64,000 nt of DNA from Dehalococcoidia bacterium (GTDB lineage Bacteria > Chloroflexota > Dehalococcoidia > Lucifugimonadales > UBA3495): NCBI GenBank assembly GCA_965204905.1, contig OZ242042.1:2392483-2456482 (forward strand). Direction: 5' to 3'. Below are positions 45,818-54,721 of this stretch, in pieces. The translations under genes were made by a program, and so were the position numbers. Positions within the stretch are counted from its first letter, which is position 1; each line of letters begins with the position of its first letter. The notes under the pieces are model-generated. The model did not search any database. It was given only the letters and a program-made list of their open reading frames with translations, and was not told where the DNA came from.

Positions 45818-47128
45818 GTGGAGCAGACCGTCCGAAGTCCCCAACGCCTCGCCGGCGCGTTGGCTGTGCCCGGCGACAAATCGGTTTCCCACCGCTCGCT
45901 GATTCTGAACGCCATCGCCAGCGGCGGCGCAACCGTCACCGGCCTGTCCGACGGCGCCGACGTTCGCTCCACCGCCGCCTGCCTGCGCGCCATGGGCGTC
46001 AGCATCGAGCCGTTGCCGGATTCCTTGACCAATCAACCGGGCAGTTTCCAGGTTGCCGGCCTCGGTCCCAACCTCCAGGAGCCGACCGATATGCTGGACG
46101 CCGGCAACAGCGGCACTTCAATGCGACTGCTGTCGGGCCTGCTGGCCAGCCAGGGATTCCTGTCCGTGCTGACGGGCGACGGTTCCCTGCGTTCCCGGCC
46201 CATGGGCCGCATCGTGCAGCCGTTGCAACAGATGGGCGCGTCAATCATGGGGCGCAGCGGCAATACGCTGGCCCCGTTGGCGATACGAGGCGGCAACCTG
46301 CGCCCCATCGAGTACGAAATGCCCGTCGCCAGCGCGCAGGTGAAATCGTGCCTGATGCTGGCCGGACTTTCGGCATCCGGGCCAACCGTGCTGCACCAGC
46401 CAGCGCTGTCCCGCGACCACACCGAGCGCATGATGACGGCCATGGGCGCCCGCGTCGAAACCGACGACCTCGCCCTTACCCTGCATCCCGCCGAACTGCA
46501 AGCCGTGGACGTGGCCGTGCCCGGCGACATCTCGTCAGCCGCGTTCTGGATGGTAGCCGGGTTGATTCATCCCAACGCGCGGGTGACCATCACCGGCGTG
46601 GGCCTCAACCCCAGCCGGGCCGGCATCATCGACGCCCTGAAAATGATGGGCGCCGGCGACTCACTGCTGCTGGAGAACGAACGGCTGGAAGGCGGCGAGC
46701 CGGTAGCCGACGTGGTGGCATCGTCCGCCAACCTCAAGGGTATCGAACTGGGCGGCGAGATCATACCCATTATGATTGACGAACTTCCGGTGCTGGCGGT
46801 TGCCGCCTGTTTCGCCGAGGGCGATACGATCATCCGGGACGCGGCCGAACTGCGCGTCAAGGAATCCGACCGCATCGCCACCACCGTTTCGGAGTTGACG
46901 CGCCTGGGCGGAAGGCTGGAACCGCGAGACGACGGCATGGTGATTCACGGCGTGGGGAGCCTTACCGGGGCTGACGTGGAGAGCCACGGGGACCACCGCT
47001 TGGCGATGTCCATGGCCGTGGCGGGAATCGTCGCTTCGGGCGACACGGTGATCCACGGCGCGGAGGACGCGTCCGTGTCGTACCCCACGTTCTGGGAGCA
47101 CCTGGCCTCCTTGACCGGCGAAAAATGA
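45818..47128 (+). CDS. aroA: 3-phosphoshikimate 1-carboxyvinyltransferase (EPSP synthase)
   Basis: PGDKSVSHRSLIL, LDAGNSGTSMRLL, and KESDRI motifs. GTG start with an AGGAGG SD. Confidence 0.9.
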   Translation: MEQTVRSPQRLAGALAVPGDKSVSHRSLILNAIASGGATVTGLSDGADVRSTAACLRAMGVSIEPLPDSLTNQPGSFQVAGLGPNLQEPTDMLDAGNSGTSMRLLSGLLASQGFLSVLTGDGSLRSRPMGRIVQPLQQMGASIMGRSGNTLAPLAIRGGNLRPIEYEMPVASAQVKSCLMLAGLSASGPTVLHQPALSRDHTERMMTAMGARVETDDLALTLHPAELQAVDVAVPGDISSAAFWMVAGLIHPNARVTITGVGLNPSRAGIIDALKMMGAGDSLLLENERLEGGEPVADVVASSANLKGIELGGEIIPIMIDELPVLAVAACFAEGDTIIRDAAELRVKESDRIATTVSELTRLGGRLEPRDDGMVIHGVGSLTGADVESHGDHRLAMSMAVAGIVASGDTVIHGAEDASVSYPTFWEHLASLTGEK

Positions 47129-47754
47129 CCGGGGCCGTGGAACTGCCCCAGGCCGGCCCAGCGCCGCCGCTGTTGGTGATCGTGTCCGGACCTTCGGCGT
47201 CTGGCAAGACCACCGTGCTGGCCGGACTACGCAAGTTGTGCCGCCCCTGGCACTTCGCGGTCACGGCTACGACCCGGCCAATGCGCCCCGGCGAAGTGGA
47301 CGGCAAGGACTACATTTTTATGGACACTGCCGACTTTCTACGGGCGCAGGAACGGGACGAACTGCTGGAATCCGCCCAGGTGTACGACCGCTGGTACGGC
47401 GTCCCCCGCTGGCAGGTGCGGGATCCCCTCATCTCCGGCAAGGACGTTATACTGGGAATCGACGTGCAGGGCGCGGCCACCATCCGCAGCATCGCGCCGG
47501 AAGCGTTGAGCGTTTTCGTGATGCCGTCCAGTATGGAGGAACTCCGAAGCAGGCTGGCCCAACGCGGCACCGAGGACGATGCTGAGATGCAGCGCCGCTT
47601 GCAGGAGGCATCCGTTGAGTTGAGCCGAATCGACGAGTTTGACTATCGGGTGGTGAACCGCAACGGGGCACTTGACGACGCGGTGCAAGAAATAGACGCC
47701 ATCATCGCCGCCGAAAAATGCCGGGTGAACCCTCGCCTCGTCCAAATGCTCTGA
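47125..47754 (+). CDS. gmk: guanylate kinase
   Basis: P-loop SGPSASGKTT and the TTRPMRPGEVDGKDY motif. The ATG overlaps the aroA stop. Confidence 0.9.
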   Translation: MTGAVELPQAGPAPPLLVIVSGPSASGKTTVLAGLRKLCRPWHFAVTATTRPMRPGEVDGKDYIFMDTADFLRAQERDELLESAQVYDRWYGVPRWQVRDPLISGKDVILGIDVQGAATIRSIAPEALSVFVMPSSMEELRSRLAQRGTEDDAEMQRRLQEASVELSRIDEFDYRVVNRNGALDDAVQEIDAIIAAEKCRVNPRLVQML

Positions 47755-47819
47755 TTACTTCCAGCATTCCCGCGAAGGTCGTAGTTGCGCCTTTGGTGTG
47801 CGGGAATCCAGGAGCGAAC

Positions 47820-48749
47820 ATGACCACGCAAACCGAAACCCCCATTCGCCCGCGCCTGCCCGACTGGCTCAAAGTCCGTATGCCCGGTGGCCCGCGTTAC
47901 ATCGAGTTGAAACAGCTGATGCGCGACAGCCAGTTGCACACGGTATGCGAGGAAGCCCACTGCCCCAACATCGGGGAGTGCTGGGAACGTTCCGCTGCGA
48001 CTTTTATGATCCTGGGCGACATCTGCACCCGCGCCTGCGCCTACTGCGCGGTGACCACCGGTCGGCCCGGTACGCTGGACCTTGGCGAACCGTTCCGTCT
48101 CGCCGCCACCGTAAAGCGCATGGAGTTGAAGTATTGCGTCATCACCTCGGTGAACCGCGATGATCTCCCCGATGGCGGCGCCGGCATATTCGCAGCATGC
48201 ATCAAGCAGGTGCGGGCTGCCGTGCCGGGTTGCCGGGTGGAAGTGTTGATACCCGACTTTGACGGCAATTGGGAAGCGCTGGAGAAAGTCGTCGCCGCGG
48301 AACCCGAGGTTCTGAACCACAACATCGAGTCGGTCGAGCGCGTGTTCCGCCGCGTTAGACCCAAGGGCGACTACCGCCAGTCGCTGGAACTGATCCGCCG
48401 GGTCAAGGAGATCAATCCTGCAATGCCCACCAAGTCCGGCATCATCGTGGGCATGGGCGAGACGATGGACGAGGTCCGTGAGACCATGGCGGATCTGCGT
48501 TCCGTGGATTGCGACCTGTTGACCATTGGCCAGTACCTTCGCCCTTCCATCAAGCACATCAAGATTGACCGTTTCTACACGCCGGCCGAGTTTGAGGAGT
48601 TGCGTGTGACGGGCGAGACGATGGGATTCAAGCATGTGGCTGCCGGCCCGCTGGTGCGCTCGTCATACCACGCCGACGACCAGCATGAAGCAGCCGCAAA
48701 CGGTATCGCCACGTCGCAGGTCAAGGAGGCAGATCATGCTGACACGTAG
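47820..48749 (+). CDS. lipA: lipoyl synthase
   Basis: CEEAHCPNIGECW and the radical-SAM CTRACAYC clusters. The start is trimmed to the ATG at 47820. Confidence 0.9.
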   Translation: MTTQTETPIRPRLPDWLKVRMPGGPRYIELKQLMRDSQLHTVCEEAHCPNIGECWERSAATFMILGDICTRACAYCAVTTGRPGTLDLGEPFRLAATVKRMELKYCVITSVNRDDLPDGGAGIFAACIKQVRAAVPGCRVEVLIPDFDGNWEALEKVVAAEPEVLNHNIESVERVFRRVRPKGDYRQSLELIRRVKEINPAMPTKSGIIVGMGETMDEVRETMADLRSVDCDLLTIGQYLRPSIKHIKIDRFYTPAEFEELRVTGETMGFKHVAAGPLVRSSYHADDQHEAAANGIATSQVKEADHADT

Positions 48750-48939
48750 CGTCACCCACCAGACACAAATCTACGAGGTGGAGTTGGTAAAGGAGGATGA
48801 CGGCGGCTACTCGGCCAGCGTGCCAAGTGTCCCCGGTGCTTACTCGGACGGCGATACCGAGGAGGAAGCCCTGGAAAACATCGCCGACGCCGTCGCTATA
48901 CTGATGGAGTCCACAGAGGAAGCCGCACATATTCTCTAG
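48736..48939 (+). CDS. small HicB-like (UPF0150) antitoxin-fold protein
   Basis: YEVELVKEDDGGYSASVPSVPGAYSDGDTEEEALENIADAV matches the HicB N-terminal pattern. The ATG at 48736 has an AAGGAGG SD inside the lipA 3' end. No HicA partner was seen. Confidence 0.55.
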   Translation: MLTRSVTHQTQIYEVELVKEDDGGYSASVPSVPGAYSDGDTEEEALENIADAVAILMESTEEAAHIL

Positions 48940-48982
48940 GAACGATGCGAAACATACTGAGGGACGCTGAATTAACCGTCCC

Positions 48983-49894
48983 TCAATTCCGGGAATTGCT
49001 GTAATTCCGCAGAGACAACGGCGCGATGGGGTTGGCATCGCCCGGCAATTGCGCCAGTTCCTCGGTGCGTCCTATCCACTGCGCTGCCATGGGCCAATAA
49101 CGCGATTGCGACGGGTCTGGCTCGCGGTAAGTATCCAACATTCCGGTCGTGGGCGCGTCCTGGTCATCCTGCGGGTTGTCGGCGTCGGGTCGCCAGGGCC
49201 AGGGCAGGTGCCGCACCCACGGGTCAACGCCATCCGAACCGTCGGCCTCGGCAACCGCCGCCAGAACCTGGTGCGGTCGATGCAGCCGATAAGTCGGCGT
49301 CTCTCCCAGGGTGGCTTCGCGATCTATCGTTGACCAAAGCGCCGCGCCGGACGATGCCCCGACGATGCGAGCACACGCCACGTCTTGCGGCCCGTCGCCC
49401 ACGTACATGGCGTCCTCGGGTTCGACACCCAGCCTGTCAAGCACGGTGTAGAGTCCGTCGGGCGCGGGTTTGTAGGGGCGGGCGTCGGTCTTGAAGTCCG
49501 CGTACTCCACCAGGCCGGCCAGCCCCGACCGCTGCAACTCAGCGTGACCGAATTCGGGAATCTTGTCGGACAGCACGCCGATGCGGATACCCCGGCGTTT
49601 CAGCGCGCCCAGCAGGCTGGCAACGCCGGGGAACAGGTAGTTGCGAAACGCCAGGATGCCGTCGTAGCGGGACAGGTAGCTGGCGAGTATCCTCTCAAGC
49701 TCGTCCTCCGCGTCGGGTCGGCTGCCGAAAAACCAGAGCAGATGCTGGCGGAATGGGCGATGAAACTCGGCGGCCACGGCCTCAGGGGACGGTGCTGCCA
49801 CGCCGAGCTCGGCCGCCGTGTTCTCCATCAACCGCAGGTGGATGCCCCAACTGTCCCAGAGGGTGAGGTCCCAGTCGAATATCACCGCGCGCAT
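48983..49894 (-). CDS. HAD-superfamily hydrolase (phosphatase) with C-terminal extension
   Basis: Motif I VIFDWDLTLWDS, motif II GVLSDK, and motif IV YVGDGPQD. Confidence 0.7.
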   Translation of the reverse strand: MRAVIFDWDLTLWDSWGIHLRLMENTAAELGVAAPSPEAVAAEFHRPFRQHLLWFFGSRPDAEDELERILASYLSRYDGILAFRNYLFPGVASLLGALKRRGIRIGVLSDKIPEFGHAELQRSGLAGLVEYADFKTDARPYKPAPDGLYTVLDRLGVEPEDAMYVGDGPQDVACARIVGASSGAALWSTIDREATLGETPTYRLHRPHQVLAAVAEADGSDGVDPWVRHLPWPWRPDADNPQDDQDAPTTGMLDTYREPDPSQSRYWPMAAQWIGRTEELAQLPGDANPIAPLSLRNYSNSRN

Positions 49895-49898
49895 GGCA

Positions 49899-50702
49899 TC
49901 AGCAATGGCCGGGATGGTTGTGCCCGCCGCCGTGGTAGTCGATGGCGCTGGGCATCACGGTGGTGCCGGGGTGTTCCGCCCGGCCGATATTCACCGTGAA
50001 GGCGCCGCTGGCGTAGTGCAGCACGCCGCTCACCTCCAGCGTGGGCGAATCACCGAGATACGTGATGCCGCCGTCGGCCTCGACGCGGAACGGCCGGTCG
50101 TGTCCCGGGTAGATGGTGTCGGCGGCGGCCACGATCTTCTGGATGCTGGCGCGGGCGTCGGCCTCGCTCCAGAATACGATGGCCGGAGTTCCTCGCCCGA
50201 TGGCGCCCGCGTCGGACATGGCATCGCCGCCCACGCACACCGTGCCGCCGGCGGTGTCAACGACCACGCTGACGTGGCCGCGCGTATGCCCCGGGGTTTC
50301 GATGAGCCGCACGCCGGGTTCCAACTCGGTTTCGCCACTGACGGTGCGGACATTTTGATCGACCAGCGTGTTGGCGAAGTAGCGCGCCGTGGCCAGGTCA
50401 CCGGGCCGGGGATTGCGACTGTACTCCAGTTCGTCGGCGTGGATGACGATTTCCGCATTGGGGAAAAGGTCGGTATTCTGGGAATGGTCCCAGTGGGCAT
50501 GGGTCAGGATGACACGGCCGATGTCATCCGTCGATATGCCGTTGGCCTCCAACTGGTCCACCAGCATATTGCGGCGGCCAAAGTGGGCCACATCGACAAT
50601 GGACAGCACTTCGCCTCGGATCAGGGTGACCGTACACAGACCCAACCGAGTCTGGTCGGTGTTGATCGAATACCCGCCCATGATGATTTCCAGCTCCGGC
50701 AT
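49899..50702 (-). CDS. MBL-fold metallo-hydrolase
   Basis: THAHWDH metal-binding motif with downstream H and D ligands (TPGHTRGH, GGDA). The start is trimmed to the ATG at 50702. Confidence 0.75.
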   Translation of the reverse strand: MPELEIIMGGYSINTDQTRLGLCTVTLIRGEVLSIVDVAHFGRRNMLVDQLEANGISTDDIGRVILTHAHWDHSQNTDLFPNAEIVIHADELEYSRNPRPGDLATARYFANTLVDQNVRTVSGETELEPGVRLIETPGHTRGHVSVVVDTAGGTVCVGGDAMSDAGAIGRGTPAIVFWSEADARASIQKIVAAADTIYPGHDRPFRVEADGGITYLGDSPTLEVSGVLHYASGAFTVNIGRAEHPGTTVMPSAIDYHGGGHNHPGHC

Positions 50703-50797
50703 GGTTCCCTCCCGAAATCTGTCAGCGGTTGACGGTTTAACTGAGCAGGGCCGATTATAGCATCGGCGGGTGGTCCGCCTTTGCATTGATCTACAGG

Positions 50798-52294
50798 ATG
50801 GACGGGATTTTGGCTGTCGATTTGATACTGCGGAACGGCACCGTTCATAGGTCGGCGGACGCTGATGCGGTTGCTATCGCCGAAGGATTGGTGGTTGCGG
50901 TAGGGAACAGTTCGGAACTGGCGCGGTTGGCAACCGCGGATACGCAAGTGATTGACTGCGGAGGTCGGGCTATCGTGCCGGGAATCGTGGACGCTCATTG
51001 CCACCTGTTCGCGGCGGCAGCGACTCTCAACTCCGTGGACTGCCGGCCAACGGCTGCCCCGGACGTAGCAACGGTGGTCAACGTGTTGCGGGAGGCGGCT
51101 GCGAACGCCGATGGGTGGATCCGCGGCTACGGCTACGACGACTCCCCGGTTGGGCTGGGCCGTCATTTGAGCCGGCATGACCTGGACACCGTTGCGACGG
51201 AGCGGCCAGTGCGAGTAGAGCATCGCTCGGGACACGCCTGCGTGTTGAACAGCGCCGGGCTGGTTGCCGTGGGCATCGGGGACGACACGCCGGACCCGCC
51301 GGCCGGCGTCATAGTGCGCGATGACGCCGGCGTCCCTACGGGTCTGCTGCTGGAGATGAACGGATGGCTGAGAGAGCGCATCGGTCCCTCTTACGATGCT
51401 GATGCGGCGCCGCTGCGCCGGCTCGCGCAGCAGCTTTCGGAATACGGCATTACCGCCGTCACCGACGCCGGGCCGGACAATGGGATAGAACGGTGGCGAG
51501 CGTTCGAGGACTCCATCAGCAACGGCCTGCTTAACCAGCGCGTTACGATGATGGTCGGAGTTGGCAAGCTACACGACATGCGGCAGGCCGGGCTGGGGTT
51601 CGGCGACGTCGCCGGCAACGGTTTGCTGAAGGTTGGCCACGCGAAGATTATGTTGACCGCGTCGTCGGGTCGATTGCATCCGCATCCAGACGAGCTTTCG
51701 GAGATCGTAGAGAGGGCGCACGGCATGGGCTACCCGGTGGCAATACACGCCGTTGAGCAGGACGCGGTGGTGGCGGCAGCTCTCGCCATCATGGACAATC
51801 CTACTCCCGTAGGACGAGACCGCATCGAGCATTGTGGCGAGTGCCCGCCGGATGTTGCCGAACTCGTGGCCCAATCGGGTGCGCTGGTGGTTCCCAACAC
51901 CGGATTTATCCATTACGACGGCGAACGGTATCTGCGTACAGTGCCTGGGGAACTGTTATCCCATCTTTACCCGGCCGGAGCGCTGGACGCGCTGGGCGTC
52001 CCGGTGGCGTTGGGATCGGATGCGCCGGTGGTGGAACCGAACCCGTGGGCGTCTATGGCGGCGGCGGTGAATCGGCGCACTGCCCAAGGCGATCAACTGG
52101 GTGGTGTCGGATTACCCTCAGTAGCGGACGCGCTGGACATGCACACCGGTCGTAACCGCATCGCGCCCGGGTATCCTGCTGATATTGCCGTGGTGGAGCC
52201 TGACCCGTTCACGACTCCGCTGGCAAATCTGCCGGCGGTGCGAGCGGTGTTGACGGTAGTGGGTGGGCGCGTGGTTTGGCGTTCCGGTATCTAA
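50798..52294 (+). CDS. amidohydrolase family protein (Amidohydro_3/YtcJ-like)
   Basis: PGIVDAHCHL metal-binding motif, a later AIHAVE, and a C-terminal GSDAPV. A TTG at 50786 is an alternative start. Confidence 0.75.
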   Translation: MDGILAVDLILRNGTVHRSADADAVAIAEGLVVAVGNSSELARLATADTQVIDCGGRAIVPGIVDAHCHLFAAAATLNSVDCRPTAAPDVATVVNVLREAAANADGWIRGYGYDDSPVGLGRHLSRHDLDTVATERPVRVEHRSGHACVLNSAGLVAVGIGDDTPDPPAGVIVRDDAGVPTGLLLEMNGWLRERIGPSYDADAAPLRRLAQQLSEYGITAVTDAGPDNGIERWRAFEDSISNGLLNQRVTMMVGVGKLHDMRQAGLGFGDVAGNGLLKVGHAKIMLTASSGRLHPHPDELSEIVERAHGMGYPVAIHAVEQDAVVAAALAIMDNPTPVGRDRIEHCGECPPDVAELVAQSGALVVPNTGFIHYDGERYLRTVPGELLSHLYPAGALDALGVPVALGSDAPVVEPNPWASMAAAVNRRTAQGDQLGGVGLPSVADALDMHTGRNRIAPGYPADIAVVEPDPFTTPLANLPAVRAVLTVVGGRVVWRSGI

Positions 52295-52361
52295 CGAGAG
52301 GATTCTCTCAGGAGAAGTGGTTGGGCGAACAAATGCCCGGAATTGTGGGCACCAGGCGGAG

Positions 52362-52901
52362 CTACTGCCGTCGGTCCGGGCTATGCCAAGAGTGATGGGT
52401 GAACCAATCCTCAAAGGGCGTTCCCACCAAACCTCGTTTTGGCTGACTGCTGAACCATCTGACAAACTCTCGAACAATCTCTGCGGGGAAGTTGCACTTG
52501 TGCCCAGGCCCAATTGGTTTGATAAGAGTACTGAGTTGGCTGGGCAACAGTGGCACATTACCACCCCAGTAGATGAAATCGTCGCTGACCAACACTCGGT
52601 CTGTCCTGATTTGGTCGCGTACATATCAGGAATCCGAGAAATGTTCGAGGTAGCGTTGCTCGGAACCGAACTCCTGGAAGTCGATCACATCGGTGACCCG
52701 CATGGCATAGATTACAGGGTATGCCGGATATTCCGTTCTCCGAATTTTCTGATACTTAGCGCCGGCCAGGCCAATCACGTAATCGCCTACCTGCACAGTC
52801 CGGCGTATTGCGACCATACAATAGGCCAACGTGCAAATGCCCCCGGTCGGATTGGGGGCAAAGCCATCATCATTGACCATAGTGTACGAATAGGTCTTCA
52901 T
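52362..52901 (-). pseudogene. uncharacterised protein interrupted by in-frame TGA (52628..52626): pseudogene or UGA-recoded
   Basis: ORFs 52626..52901 and 52362..52595 share one frame. Read through, the sequence is ...EHFSDS-[TGA]-YVRDQIRTDRVLVSDDFIYWGG.... The N-terminus is MKTYSYTMVNDDGFAPNPTGGICTLAYC. It starts 5 nt after the upstream gene's TAA. Confidence 0.45.
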
Positions 52902-52906
52902 CAGAT

Positions 52907-53686
52907 TTACCCCATCCGCATCGACTCTACTCCCGCCAATAGATCTGCGTCCGCTGTGACGCTGTGTTGCGCAAACCAGTCGCGCAGCGTCGCCGCCCGT
53001 TGCCTTTCATTAGCGTCGCTGATGTCAAGTACACAGCGGCAAGCGCGAGTGTAGGAACTGATTGTGCCTAGTTCAGTGTTTTTGTCCCAAAGCCACAACT
53101 TGCCTTTAGCGTCTCGAAAAACCTGGTCACATATCTCGCGGTTAATTGGTACCGCACGCTCAAACCGGCGGGATTGGTTAGAGCCCGCAATTCCCCAAAA
53201 CCTGGCATCGCCTCTATATGGGTGGGCGTTGTTTTTGAAACGGTCCTCTTCAGCAGATTGCCGAACGACCCAGCCGGCAAATTCAGCCAGCAGCCCACCG
53301 ATCAAGTACATCCCCACCTGTCCAGTGCGTCGCCCGGATTGCCAGTCCTCTAGTCGGGCTAAGAATAGTAGGACATCCCCGGGTTTCATTCTGGTGAGCG
53401 CAGCAGAACGACCATTTTCACCGACATCTCCATAGGTGAAACTCTCAAACTCTGGGTCATTGTGACAGGCTGTGTTCCAGAAAATTTCCGGCACATAGCG
53501 GAGTAGATCGTGGGTCGGGTTGTAGTACGAACGCAGGTCGTGGTAACGAACGACTTTCGGCTGCGTTCCCGTGTTTTCGCCGAACGAAGGAATTGGCACG
53601 AACTCGAATGTCCCGTCGGCGAAGAGCGGGCTGAACAGACCGCGATGGCTTGAATTCGCTCCAACATTGGCCATATAGACGCGCAT
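52907..53686 (-). CDS. uncharacterised protein (partner of 52362..52901)
   Basis: 259-aa ORF beginning MRVYMANVGANSSHRGLFSPLFADGTFEFVPIP, with a GAGGGG SD upstream. GC is lower than the flanks (30/60 in the line at 53101). No family was recognised with confidence. Confidence 0.55.
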   Translation of the reverse strand: MRVYMANVGANSSHRGLFSPLFADGTFEFVPIPSFGENTGTQPKVVRYHDLRSYYNPTHDLLRYVPEIFWNTACHNDPEFESFTYGDVGENGRSAALTRMKPGDVLLFLARLEDWQSGRRTGQVGMYLIGGLLAEFAGWVVRQSAEEDRFKNNAHPYRGDARFWGIAGSNQSRRFERAVPINREICDQVFRDAKGKLWLWDKNTELGTISSYTRACRCVLDISDANERQRAATLRDWFAQHSVTADADLLAGVESMRMG

Positions 53687-53698
53687 TTATATTCCCCT

Positions 53699-54697
53699 CT
53701 ACCGAGTGCGCTCTCGGATGTAGTCCACCATCTGGAGGAGGGAACGGCGCGGCGGGCAGTCAGGCAGTTCGTCCAACGCATCCGCCGCCTCGCCGCAGTA
53801 ATCACGGATCACCGCGAAGCAGTCGGGAATGATGTCGGAGTCGTTGATCATCGCCAGCGATCTGTCAAGCAGTCCGTCAACGTCGCCGTTGCCGGACTTT
53901 ATCGCCGAGAAGAGGGCTTCTATCGGATGGTCGTCGGGATAGCGCTCCATCAGCATGATGCTGGGCAGCGTGAGCACTCCCTGCAGCAGGTCATTGCCCA
54001 CGGGCTTGCCGATTTCCGCGGCGTCGCCCTGCACGTCCAGCAGGTCATCGACGATCTGGAAGGCCATGCCGATGTTGTGGCCATATTTCCGTAGCGCCTG
54101 AACCTCGTTTTCCGGAGCGTTGCCCAAGATGGCTCCCGACTCCGCGGACGTGCAGAACAGCGACGCCGTTTTGCGGTAGATGCGTTCGTCGTAGAGCCGA
54201 CGGGCTTTTTTGGGGTCGAACGTGGTAAAGAATTCGATCAGCTGGCCGCTGGCCAACTCCATTATGGTCTCGGAGAACCGGCGGATGACCCTGATGACTT
54301 CGGTGTCGCATACGAACGTAGCCGACGTGGCGAAGAGGTAATCGCCCAACAGCACGGCGACGTGGTTGCCGTAGAGGTTGTTGATGGTGGGCTTGCCGCG
54401 ACGCATCCCCGCGTTGTCCACCGTGTCGTCGTGGATCAGGGTGGCAAGGTGCAGGAGCTCCACCGCCGAGGCCATGATCTGAGATCGCCGGCGTTCGTGA
54501 GGGTGAAACTCGGAGGCCAGCAGGGTCAACGCGGGCCGGACGCGCTTGCCGCCGGAACGCAGAGCGTAGTCCAGTAGCGGGTCCAGGTCGGCGATATCCG
54601 TTTGGCACAACTCGTGGAGTTGCTCTTCCACCTGGGCCAGCTGATCCACCACCGGAGCGTAGATGGAAACGGTTTTCAGGTCCAGTCCGGTGACCAC
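53699..54697 (-). CDS. polyprenyl diphosphate synthase (trans-IPPS)
   Basis: First Asp-rich motif LIHDDTVDNAGMRRG and second motif QIVDDLLD. Confidence 0.85.
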   Translation of the reverse strand: MVTGLDLKTVSIYAPVVDQLAQVEEQLHELCQTDIADLDPLLDYALRSGGKRVRPALTLLASEFHPHERRRSQIMASAVELLHLATLIHDDTVDNAGMRRGKPTINNLYGNHVAVLLGDYLFATSATFVCDTEVIRVIRRFSETIMELASGQLIEFFTTFDPKKARRLYDERIYRKTASLFCTSAESGAILGNAPENEVQALRKYGHNIGMAFQIVDDLLDVQGDAAEIGKPVGNDLLQGVLTLPSIMLMERYPDDHPIEALFSAIKSGNGDVDGLLDRSLAMINDSDIIPDCFAVIRDYCGEAADALDELPDCPPRRSLLQMVDYIRERTR

Positions 54698-54721
54698 GTC
54701 GTATCGCTCGATTGGTAAGGA

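Noticed and set aside
48959-48984. Hairpin GAGGGACG-10 nt-CGTCCCTC after the HicB-like ORF as a terminator
   Set aside because: The 8-bp stem is real, but no U-tract follows on either strand, and the right arm overlaps the stop codon of the convergent HAD gene. It is not confidently a rho-independent terminator.
52118-52624. 168-aa minus-strand ORF overlapping the 3' half of the interrupted gene
   Set aside because: It is in a different frame from both halves of the 52362-52901 gene and has no recognisable features. The same-frame read-through product is far more coherent.
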